Part shown: positions 18,950 through 27,705 of the stretch, piece after piece | Numbering within the stretch: the stretch's first letter is position 1 | How the letters are laid out: every line of letters begins with the position of its first letter | Source: Ostreococcus lucimarinus | Lineage: Eukaryota | Assembly (NCBI GenBank): GCA_000092065.1 | Contig: CP000584.1 | DNA length: 64,000 bases | Strand: one strand, 5' to 3' | The notes under the pieces: generated by a model | What the model saw: the letters and a program-made list of their open reading frames with translations, nothing else | Told to the model about the DNA's origin: nothing | The model's database searches: none | Position numbers and translations under genes: made by a program

Positions 18950-21307
18950 CTAAGGAATCGATGACAACGCTTCGGCGAAGAGACGTTGAAACGCGACGAA
19001 ATTCGTCCCGCGGCCGTCGCACTTTGCCGTAAACGTCGCCGCACGCGCCGTGGCGTCGATGAGCGCTTCCACTAGAAAGATTTCGCGGTTTCCATTATCG
19101 ATGGCGTAGAAATAAAACTTCATCGCATTCGACGGTCCACCGCTCGCCATGGTGGCGACGCCTCGAGGTGCGAGATGTTGCGTAACTTGCGCCGCGCTCG
19201 CGAGCGCGTTCGATCGCAGCGTCGCTTGCAATCCCGTCGCCACCACTGCGGCGGACGTCCACTTCATTTGAAAGCTCGTCGAATCGAGCGCTGGTAGTGG
19301 ATCGAGCGCGAATACTGCCGGCGGCGCATCGACAGATTGGGGCGCCGCCGGTACGTCTACGTCGAGGAGCGAGAGCAAATCCACCGCCGAACCGCCGCTG
19401 GCGGACGCCTTTTCCTCGTCGGTGTCCCCCAGGTCAATCATATCCATCGAGTGGTCGATCAATGAGCCACCACCGCCCGCGGCGATGTCGTCCATTTCGT
19501 CGGCATCCACGCGCGCGCGACGAGTGAACGCGTCCGGGTCCACAAATTTCACTTCTGGACGTTCGTACAGCACGGACAATGTGTTGAATTCGTTGAACAC
19601 CTTGTCGAACGTCTCATCCTCTATCACGGTTTCTTTGAAGGTGTAAATCGGCGATGACTTATCACGCGAGTTCACTACTTTCTCCGCCGCGCGCACATCG
19701 CGCTCTAACAGGCGATAGTACAAACTGGCCAAGTCGCGCACTTCCTGGTTTGTGTCGCACGAGCCCGCAAGCAAGGCGGCGCCGAGCATCGCTTGCATCT
19801 CCGGTGCGCGCTTAAAGAAGAGCTTCATCGCGCTCGACAGCAGTTGTGATCGCACATTGGCGCTCGGCTCATCGCCAAAGTTTGTGAGTACAGGCTCGAT
19901 AAAGTACGGCGCGAGCGGAATATCTTCGCCGTACTCGCCATACATCCACACCAAGGCGCCGCGCGCGCGAGACGGGACGACGTCAATCAGATCGATGTTC
20001 TTGATCGCCTGAACGCACTGTACCGCGTACTTTGGACGCTTGCGCAAGACATTTACCACCGAAATGATCGTTTCCGCTGTCACGTGCTCGATGTCTAAAT
20101 CAAAGTATTGCAACAAGCGGTCGACGATGCCTTCCAAATCATCCGCCGCCGAGAGTGCGATTTCCCCCACCGCGCGCACGGCGGCGCGCGCAATACCGAT
20201 ATCCGCGTCGGTGACGTATTCAGTGAGTTCGGTGACGATGTCGTATGTGTTTTGCGCATCCGCGACGGCTACGAGCATCGAAAGCTTCAAACTCTTCACC
20301 GCCCCTGAATCGCTCCCGCGGAAATAAAAGTTCTTGTAATCAGTCGAGAACAAGATGGGGGCGCGTTTCACCAACAACCGCACGTGAGCCCACACCGCGT
20401 AGCTCGTTTCCACTGTTCCGCCGTTCGCTAGCGTGAACAACGGCGCCTTGATGCGCTCCAGCACCTGTTGATGCACGTCTGGCATCTCGAGCGTAATGTT
20501 CAAAAAAACCTTCACCGTGCCCAAAACGATGGCGGAATTCGGCGCGCTCAGCCTCGACTCGAGCGCGTTCATGATGTCAAAAGTCTCATCTTTGTTCTGA
20601 ATCTCATACGCCCCCACTAACTCCAAAATCAACGCCTGGTTCCACTCGCTAAACGATTTAATTCTATTAATCAAAGCGTACACGATGGGCTTCGTCGCCA
20701 ACGACTCGATCCCGTCAATCTCCCTCAACACGATCAAACAATTCCCCACCACTCCCGCGTCGGTATCGTTCACCAGCATTTCTCGCAGCGCATCCAGTAT
20801 CCCAGTCTCCCGCACCGCGCTTGGATTCAAATCGTACACCTTGAGCGCCCCCATCGCCGCCACCGCTCGCGGATACCCTCCGGCGTCTCTCAACCCCGCC
20901 ATCACGCACGCCGTCGCGTACTCGATCAAATCATCCACCCCTAATCCCGCGATGCTTCGTATCGCCAATCCCCGTATCGTTTCATTCGCGCTCGCGCAAT
21001 CTTTTTGCAGCGCGTTCACCGCCAGCGTCGCCAGTTCCCGTTCGCGCCGCGCGTGGTGGCAAATGTACGCGTAAATCAACTTCTTACACGCCACGTCCAC
21101 GGTGTGCGCGTTCAGCACGACGTCTGGGAACAGTTTAGACACGTCGACCGCGATCGTGAGCAGGTTCAGGACGCGTCGGAGGACGTGTCTGCGCTGCGCG
21201 TTCGCGCGGTCGTCGTCCGATTGTTTGGAGCTCAACAGTTTCAACGCTTTCGACAGCTCCGCGACGTCATCCGCGCGTTTCGACGGCGATTTCGCGGTCG
21301 ACGGCAT
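18950..21307 (-). CDS. AP-complex beta-adaptin large subunit, most likely AP-4 beta judged by its roughly 785-aa length.
   Basis: ATG at 21307 (cat at 21305-21307). The Adaptin_N region VSKLFPDVVLNAHTVDVACKKLIYAYICHHARRERELATLAVNALQKDC...NETIRGLAIRSIAGL aligns to beta-adaptin [64 protein letters not shown]. A C-terminal appendage/platform-like domain is present. Minus-strand TGTAA is at 18937-18941. Confidence 0.75.
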   Translation of the reverse strand: MPSTAKSPSKRADDVAELSKALKLLSSKQSDDDRANAQRRHVLRRVLNLLTIAVDVSKLFPDVVLNAHTVDVACKKLIYAYICHHARRERELATLAVNALQKDCASANETIRGLAIRSIAGLGVDDLIEYATACVMAGLRDAGGYPRAVAAMGALKVYDLNPSAVRETGILDALREMLVNDTDAGVVGNCLIVLREIDGIESLATKPIVYALINRIKSFSEWNQALILELVGAYEIQNKDETFDIMNALESRLSAPNSAIVLGTVKVFLNITLEMPDVHQQVLERIKAPLFTLANGGTVETSYAVWAHVRLLVKRAPILFSTDYKNFYFRGSDSGAVKSLKLSMLVAVADAQNTYDIVTELTEYVTDADIGIARAAVRAVGEIALSAADDLEGIVDRLLQYFDLDIEHVTAETIISVVNVLRKRPKYAVQCVQAIKNIDLIDVVPSRARGALVWMYGEYGEDIPLAPYFIEPVLTNFGDEPSANVRSQLLSSAMKLFFKRAPEMQAMLGAALLAGSCDTNQEVRDLASLYYRLLERDVRAAEKVVNSRDKSSPIYTFKETVIEDETFDKVFNEFNTLSVLYERPEVKFVDPDAFTRRARVDADEMDDIAAGGGGSLIDHSMDMIDLGDTDEEKASASGGSAVDLLSLLDVDVPAAPQSVDAPPAVFALDPLPALDSTSFQMKWTSAAVVATGLQATLRSNALASAAQVTQHLAPRGVATMASGGPSNAMKFYFYAIDNGNREIFLVEALIDATARAATFTAKCDGRGTNFVAFQRLFAEALSSIP

Positions 21308-21479
21308 CGCGCGCGCGCGATTCTACCGCTCCGAAGCGATCGGGAGCGCGCGCGACGCGTCGCGTCGGTGACGCGCGACGATTTGTGCCGATGCGATTAC
21401 TCGCGACGCGCGACCAATCGCCGCAGAGCGAAGCGCGTCGACGTCGCGACGCGTCGCGCGCGCGCGGCGGCGTCGCGTC

Positions 21480-23123
21480 ATGTCGTTCGCGTCGATCGCG
21501 CGACGCGCGGGCGCGAGAGTCGCGCGCGCGACGAGAATCTCGAGCGTCGTCGAGGCTGGGACGAGTTGGCGATTCAACGCGCTGTCGACGGCGCGCGACG
21601 ACGACGACGCGCGCGGGCCGACGCCGACGTCGCCGCATCGACACCAAAAACTCGTGAACGTGCACGACGACGGCGGCGTCGGGCTGGGGGTGGATCTGGA
21701 CTACGACGACCGCGGCGCGGCGGGCGCGGGGAGCGCGGCGGGCCGGAGCGCGCAGTACGAGGAATACGTCTCGAGCCTCACCCCGCGACAAGCGAACGTG
21801 GTGATCGCGGCCGGAGACTTAGAGAAGGCGTCGGGAAAATATCGAGTAGAGGTGACGACGGGGCGAAATCGAGGCGCGGGGACGAGCGGGCGGGTGGAAT
21901 TGACGTTCGTCGGCGGCGACGGGTTGACGTATCCGGTGGCGCTGGAGTACGAAAGCGGGATAAATCCGACGTTTTCGAGGGCGTCGAGCCTGCCGTTTCG
22001 AATCGCGAGCAGCGCGAGATTGGGAGATTTGAAACGGACGCGCGTGCGATTGGTGCCTGAGCTCACGTCGGTTGGGCGGGGGTGGTTTTTGGAGGACATC
22101 AAGGTGACGTGCGAGAGCACGGGAGACGAATGGTTCTTTCCGTGTCATAGATGGTTCGGGCAGAGCGATGCGGGGGATGGGAAATCGGGGCCGTTTACGC
22201 AAGATCTCGAGGCGAAGTCACCGGATGAGATTCGCACGCCGTTGTGGATGGAAGGGGACATTCGTAAAGAACGCGGGGAATTTGAGTGCGTGGCGAGCGG
22301 CGCGGCGGTACCGCATCCGGAAAAGATGAAGCGCGAGGGCATGCGAGCGCTCGTGCGACGAACGCACGGACACGGAGGAGAGGACGCGTATTTCACCGCG
22401 CGTGGACCAGATAACACTATGGGCATGGGGATCGCCGACGGTGTGTACTTGTGGCGTTGGCAAGGTATCGACGCGGGCGAGTACAGTCGATTACTCATGA
22501 ACCACGCCGCCGAGGCGTTGCGGTCGGGGAAAGAGAATCGACCGACCGCCATGCTCACGCACGCGTACGAGCAAGTGACCGCGGCGGGCATGAAGGGAAG
22601 TACCACGGCGTGCGTGGTCGTCATCGATAGCGAACACGGTTTGCTATACGGCTCGAACGTCGGTGATAGCGGATTCATGCTCATTCGCGGCGAACGGGGG
22701 GCGCGATTTTGCGCGCATCGCAGCCCGCCGCAAGAGCACGATTTCGGCTGTCCATTTCAGCTCGGACATCACGAAGCGAGCGATAAGGCGAGCGATGCGA
22801 TGCGCACAAAGTTATATCTCGAACATGGCGACATCGTCGTCCTCGGTTCGGACGGGTTGTGGGATAACCTGAGCGAAGTCGAAGTGCTGGAGAGCGTCGA
22901 AGCGTCCGTCGCCGAGGGCGCGTCCATCGACGAGAGACTCATGGACGTCGCGGCGAGGAATTTGCTCTCGAAAGCGTACGAGGTGAGCATGGATAAATCG
23001 CGAACGACACCGTATTCTCTCGCCGCGACGGAGCATTTCGACATGGTGTATAGCGGCGGAAAGAAGGACGACATCAGCGTCGTCGTCTGCCACGCTCGAA
23101 TCGGGAACGGTGCCGATCGCTAG
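21480..23123 (+). CDS. PLAT/LH2 domain fused to a PTC7-type PP2C (PPM) protein phosphatase.
   Basis: ATG at 21480 is followed by an Ala/Arg/Ser-rich presequence. The PLAT segment is YRVEVTTGRNRGAGTSGRVELTFVGGDGLTYPVALEY...FRIASSARLGDLKRTRVRLVPELTSVGRGWFLEDIKVT. PPM motifs are GEDAYF, GIADGVYLW, STACVVVID, GSNVGDSGF and the LGSDGLWDN metal-binding motif. Confidence 0.75.
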   Translation: MSFASIARRAGARVARATRISSVVEAGTSWRFNALSTARDDDDARGPTPTSPHRHQKLVNVHDDGGVGLGVDLDYDDRGAAGAGSAAGRSAQYEEYVSSLTPRQANVVIAAGDLEKASGKYRVEVTTGRNRGAGTSGRVELTFVGGDGLTYPVALEYESGINPTFSRASSLPFRIASSARLGDLKRTRVRLVPELTSVGRGWFLEDIKVTCESTGDEWFFPCHRWFGQSDAGDGKSGPFTQDLEAKSPDEIRTPLWMEGDIRKERGEFECVASGAAVPHPEKMKREGMRALVRRTHGHGGEDAYFTARGPDNTMGMGIADGVYLWRWQGIDAGEYSRLLMNHAAEALRSGKENRPTAMLTHAYEQVTAAGMKGSTTACVVVIDSEHGLLYGSNVGDSGFMLIRGERGARFCAHRSPPQEHDFGCPFQLGHHEASDKASDAMRTKLYLEHGDIVVLGSDGLWDNLSEVEVLESVEASVAEGASIDERLMDVAARNLLSKAYEVSMDKSRTTPYSLAATEHFDMVYSGGKKDDISVVVCHARIGNGADR

Positions 23124-23165
23124 CCTAGAGGAATTTGTGATAGAATCGCTTGCTCGCGTATTACA

Positions 23166-24212
23166 TTATACATCGTTCGAGACGACGTCAATCACGGTTA
23201 GATTCGTTTCCGCGCGCCAAACCTTACCCGGGGCCACGACGACCGGTCTCGAAACCGCCGCGCTCTCGACGCAACAAAAGTTTTTATAACACTCCTTCAT
23301 GTTCGTGTGCGGATTCCAAATCACCGTATCCGTCCACCCCGCGGTGTTTTCCACGCTCACCGCCGCCCCACTCCCGACGTGCAACAACGTCTCCGGCTCA
23401 GTATCAAGATACACGCGATCAACGAGATCTAACCCGAAGAACACGTCTCTCGAATCTTGCACTTTTTTCGGCGGATCGTTCGCGTCGACGTTCTTGTCCA
23501 GATACGTCTTTCCCGACAAACCGCGCGCGAACACCCCCGCGTTGGCACAATCCGTCACCTCGATGTACGTGTGAATAGCCGCGGTGAAATCAATCGCTTT
23601 TCCACTCGTTTCTTCGTTCGTATTCTTCACGCACAGCTCCATCTTCAGCTTCTCCCGTCTTAAAGTCACCTCGTACGTCGCCTCAAACGCTTCGTCCCAC
23701 ATCGCTCGCGTGTACTCGTTCGGCTTCAATCGCATCATCACCGCAGGTTCCGGATCATCCGGATTCACGTCCGCAGACGTTCCGATGACCTCCCAATCCA
23801 CGTTTCGCGCGAATCCGTGCTGTTGCATCGCGCCCGGGCCGAATTGCGGAAAGCACAACGGCGCGCCGCCGCCGATGGGCTTCGTCTTGTCGAACGCCGC
23901 GTCCGGGCGCACGTACAACACCTCATCCCCGCTCGGCTGCGTCCACGACGTCACCGTGGCGCCGAATAGGTACACGCGCGACGTGGATCCGTTTTTATGC
24001 GTCAGCAGCGCCGTCGGAAGGTCACCGCGACCGTTTTCGAACGTCACCGACCCCGGGATGGCAAACTTTTCATTCAACGCATCGATCGTTGACTTCGCGC
24101 TCGGCCCGATGGCGGACGCGCGGATCGCGCGAATCGACGGTGCGCGGTGCTTTTTATGCCTCGGATGCGTCGGCGCGGCGCGCGGCGACGCGCGAGCGCC
24201 GTTGGCGCGCAT
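23166..24212 (-). CDS. Glucose-6-phosphate 1-epimerase (aldose-1-epimerase-like, YeaD family), with an N-terminal presequence.
   Basis: ATG at 24212 (cat at 24210-24212). Family blocks are VYLFGATVTSWTQPSGDEVLYVRPDA, GGAPLCFPQFGPG..QHGFARNVDWEV and WNPH. Length 348 aa. TGTAA follows immediately after the stop, at 23161-23165 on the minus strand. Confidence 0.8.
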   Translation of the reverse strand: MRANGARASPRAAPTHPRHKKHRAPSIRAIRASAIGPSAKSTIDALNEKFAIPGSVTFENGRGDLPTALLTHKNGSTSRVYLFGATVTSWTQPSGDEVLYVRPDAAFDKTKPIGGGAPLCFPQFGPGAMQQHGFARNVDWEVIGTSADVNPDDPEPAVMMRLKPNEYTRAMWDEAFEATYEVTLRREKLKMELCVKNTNEETSGKAIDFTAAIHTYIEVTDCANAGVFARGLSGKTYLDKNVDANDPPKKVQDSRDVFFGLDLVDRVYLDTEPETLLHVGSGAAVSVENTAGWTDTVIWNPHTNMKECYKNFCCVESAAVSRPVVVAPGKVWRAETNLTVIDVVSNDV

Positions 24213-24332
24213 GAGGACGACGAAGACGCGCTTCGGAGTGACGTTTCGGCGTCAAACGGCGACGCATCTCCGCTCCGTCGCGCGCTTTTGACGACCGAGA
24301 TCGCGCGTCGTCGGTGGTGCGCGCGGTGAACG

Positions 24333-27300
24333 ATGTCGGTGACGCGATTGGCGCGCGTGGTGACGCCCGAACGCGACGAGAAGCAGTACAGAAGATGCCG
24401 CCTGAGCAATGGTTTGGAAGTGTTGCTGATTTCAGACGCGACGCTGTGCGGCGCGGACGACGACGGCGCCGGCGCGGGCGCGAGCGAGGACGATGGTTCG
24501 GCCAGCGAGGATGCGTCGGGGATGGATCACGACGAAGACACGGATGGGGAGGAGGAGGAGGGTGATGACGATTCCGACGACGGCGGCGGCTCGAGCGGCG
24601 GCGGAATGAAACTGGCGGCGTGTTCGATCGCGTTCGACGTCGGCTACTTCGCGGATACGGACGAGTGCGATGGGTTGTCGCACTTTCTCGAACACATGGT
24701 GTTTATGGGAAGCGAAAAGTACCCGGGGGAGAATTTCTTCGGCGAGTGGTTGAACGAGCACTGGGGCTCGGACAACGCGTCGACGGATAGCGAGAATACG
24801 ATTTTTTATTTCGAATGCAATCCGAAGAATCTACGAGAGGCGCTGGAGATATTCAGTGGGTTCTTTGTCAATCCGTTGGTGAAGCTGGACAGCGTCGATC
24901 GCGAGGTGACGGCGGTGGAGAGCGAGTTCGAGCGCGTGGTGAATAACGATACGGTGCGCGCCGAGTTGTTGTTATCGTCGCTGGCGGCGAAAGGGCACCC
25001 ATACACGAAATTTGGATGGGGTAACCGCGCGTCGTTGACACAAAGCCCGCCGTATAAGGAAGGTCGCATGCGTGACGTGTTGTTGGAGCACTGGAGAAGG
25101 CATTATCACGCCAAGCGCATGTCAATTGCGCTCGTCGGGGCGGAGGATTTGGACGAACTTGAGAGTTGGATCGTAGAGATTTTCGGTGACATGCGCGACG
25201 ACGGGGACGAAGTGATTGATTTAAACATCGCGCATTCTTCACCGTATGCGAACGCGGTACCCATCCGCGTGTTAACGGCGCAAGTGAAGGATGGTCAACA
25301 CGTTTCTATCACGCACGAACTCCCGGCTTGGACGCAAAAGAATTACAAGCACAAGTCGGCGACTTACATGGAGACCTTGATCGGACACGAAGGACACGGT
25401 TCTTTGTTTGCTGAGCTGAAGCGTCGAGGATGGGCGAGCGATTTGCGTTCGGGTGTGGGCGCAGGTGGGATTGATTCGTCTACCGCCGGCGCGCTCTTTG
25501 GCACTACGATCAAGCTCACGGATGATGGTTTGACTCACGTCGACGATGTCATCGGGCTGTTTTTCGCGTACGTCAATATGCTTCGCGCCAAAGGCCCGCA
25601 GGAGTGGTTTTGGAATGAAATCAAGCAATTGGCTGATATTGACTTTAGATTTCGCGAACCCGAAGACGCGAGCGAGTACTCTGAACGTTTGGTGGCAGAT
25701 ATTCGAAAGTACGCCCCCGAAGACATCTTGCGCGGAGCGGATTTATTTGAAACGTACAAGCCCGAAGAAATTCGAGAAATTATTGATTTGATGACGCCTC
25801 AAAAGGCCATCATCGTCGTGCAAAATCATGCGTGGAACGGCGAAGGCGAGAACGTTGAGCACGAGCGATGGATTAACTTTCCATACAAAAAGGAGGCTTT
25901 AGATTCGGCGCTGTTGGAGACTTGGGCAAACGCAGACGCGGGCGAGCGCTTACATTATCCATCACCGAACCCATACATTGCGAGTGATTTCAGGTTACGA
26001 TCACCGGCGAGCGAACACAAAGACGCGTTGTTTTCACCCACGATCGTGCACGATTGCAAAGTCAGTCGCATCTGGCATCGTCTTGATGACCGATTCAACC
26101 AGCCACGGTCGTGCATGTACTTTCAAGTATCGCTGCCGCACGTACCTGAGGGTGCATTCGGTATGATGTTGATCCAGCTTTTCGTCGCCATGGTGGAAGA
26201 TTGCGTGAACGAGTCCGTGTATTACCCTGCGCATCTTGCTGGAATGGAAGTCGACATCGGCGCGTCGGCTTCTTATTCTGGTTTCGTGCTCTCACTCGAA
26301 GGTTTGAGCGACAAGCTCGGCGAGGTCGCGTTGTCGTATTTCAAAACGATGACTTCGTTAAAGATCGACGCTGATCGATTCGAAAAGCGCAAAGAAGAAA
26401 GATTGCGAGACGTCCATAATCTGTGCTTGAATCCCGCTAGGCACGCAAAGCGCGCGCTCGAGGTATTGCTCAAGCAAAAGGACGCGACGCAAGAGGACAA
26501 AGCAAATGCACTCCAGGAGATGACCGCAGCGGATTTGCAAGCGTTTGCGGATGGAATTTGGCAGCATGCGCACGTCGAAAGTCTGATGATTGGCAACTTG
26601 ACAAAGGATGAAGCCTGCGACGTCGGCGAACGCATTCGCGCATGCCTTCCAGGCGCGCCGATTCCTGATAACAGCTGGCCGGAAACTCGCATCGCGCGCG
26701 TACCTCAGGGTGCGCACTTGTTTAGCATCAAGGCAATCAACGCTGACGAGACGAATAACGTGGTGCTGTACTATTTTCAGCTCGGTGAGAGCACGTGGCG
26801 AGGTCGGGCGTTCATCATTTTGATGCAATCGCTCATGCACGAAAAACTCTTCGACCAGCTCAGAACGAAGGAGACTCTCGGCTATAGCGTGAGCTGCTCG
26901 TTTGACTCGACGCATGAAATCTTGGGTTATCGAGTTTCCGTCGAGTCCGCGTTCCACCCGCCGCATTTCGTTTCGAGTCGCATGGCAGCCTTCTTGCGAT
27001 CATTTCCCGAGATCCTTGACAACATGGATGACGCTTCTTATGAAAAGACTCGCCAAAGCGTCGTCGATGATATATTGGCAGACGATGTCAACTTACGCGA
27101 AGAAGCCATACGACACTGGGCGCATCTCGTGAATCAAAAGTACCAGTTTCATCGCGGTCGTCATGTGGCGCAAATAATCTCCGAAATCTCAAAGCGAGAG
27201 GCGGCAGATTGGTGCCGAGAGTTCATTCAGCCATTCGCACCTGGAAGTAGACACGTGAGCGTGCACATTCACGCAAAGAATCATCCAGTACCGGCAAACG

Positions 27301-27632
27301 GATCCGAGCACGCCTTGGGCATGGGAGACGCGCATTTTGACATCTCCGCGGAATTGAAAAACGTGTGGGGACTGCTCCCTCAACAAGGATGCGCCACGGC
27401 CGTCGAAGAGCTCATCATGCCGGACTCATCAAGCGGCACGATACATCGCGCAGTTGCGCGAACTGGTCAGAATTTGGACGCGGATACGGAATCGACGCAA
27501 GATAAATCTTTAAGTTTACGTTCGCAGTGGGCGGCGGATCTTGCCGAGATGCGCTCTGAATGCGGAGCTTCGTGTGCGTGCAGAAGAGCCAAGACCGGGC
27601 CGGTGTTCGTGTTACCCACGCCGAAAAAGTAA
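24333..27632 (+). CDS. M16A insulinase-family zinc metallopeptidase (insulin-degrading enzyme / nardilysin-like) with an acidic insert.
   Basis: ATG at 24333. The inverted zinc motif HFLEHMVFMGSEKYPGENFF (HxxEH...E) is present. An acidic insert DDDGAGAGASEDDGSASEDASGMDHDEDTDGEEEEGDDDSDD sits upstream of it, as in nardilysin. The length is 1099 aa. The N-terminus YRRCRLSNGLEVLLISD matches IDE EYRGLELANGIKVLLISD. Confidence 0.85.
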   Translation: MSVTRLARVVTPERDEKQYRRCRLSNGLEVLLISDATLCGADDDGAGAGASEDDGSASEDASGMDHDEDTDGEEEEGDDDSDDGGGSSGGGMKLAACSIAFDVGYFADTDECDGLSHFLEHMVFMGSEKYPGENFFGEWLNEHWGSDNASTDSENTIFYFECNPKNLREALEIFSGFFVNPLVKLDSVDREVTAVESEFERVVNNDTVRAELLLSSLAAKGHPYTKFGWGNRASLTQSPPYKEGRMRDVLLEHWRRHYHAKRMSIALVGAEDLDELESWIVEIFGDMRDDGDEVIDLNIAHSSPYANAVPIRVLTAQVKDGQHVSITHELPAWTQKNYKHKSATYMETLIGHEGHGSLFAELKRRGWASDLRSGVGAGGIDSSTAGALFGTTIKLTDDGLTHVDDVIGLFFAYVNMLRAKGPQEWFWNEIKQLADIDFRFREPEDASEYSERLVADIRKYAPEDILRGADLFETYKPEEIREIIDLMTPQKAIIVVQNHAWNGEGENVEHERWINFPYKKEALDSALLETWANADAGERLHYPSPNPYIASDFRLRSPASEHKDALFSPTIVHDCKVSRIWHRLDDRFNQPRSCMYFQVSLPHVPEGAFGMMLIQLFVAMVEDCVNESVYYPAHLAGMEVDIGASASYSGFVLSLEGLSDKLGEVALSYFKTMTSLKIDADRFEKRKEERLRDVHNLCLNPARHAKRALEVLLKQKDATQEDKANALQEMTAADLQAFADGIWQHAHVESLMIGNLTKDEACDVGERIRACLPGAPIPDNSWPETRIARVPQGAHLFSIKAINADETNNVVLYYFQLGESTWRGRAFIILMQSLMHEKLFDQLRTKETLGYSVSCSFDSTHEILGYRVSVESAFHPPHFVSSRMAAFLRSFPEILDNMDDASYEKTRQSVVDDILADDVNLREEAIRHWAHLVNQKYQFHRGRHVAQIISEISKREAADWCREFIQPFAPGSRHVSVHIHAKNHPVPANGSEHALGMGDAHFDISAELKNVWGLLPQQGCATAVEELIMPDSSSGTIHRAVARTGQNLDADTESTQDKSLSLRSQWAADLAEMRSECGASCACRRAKTGPVFVLPTPKK

Positions 27633-27705
27633 AGGCACAAGTTAGATGGATTTAGGTTGAGAATTTTTAAAATGAATTGATTGTGAATCGCTAATGTACA
27701 TTCGA

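Noticed and set aside
27633-27705. AT-rich 73-bp spacer (ttttaaaatgaattgattgtgaatcgctaatgtacattcgattaattcc) between convergent M16 and ABCF genes, considered as a possible small RNA.
   Set aside because: It is too short, has no structure signal, and is consistent with overlapping 3' UTRs. TGTAC/TGTGA variants of the poly(A) motif are present.
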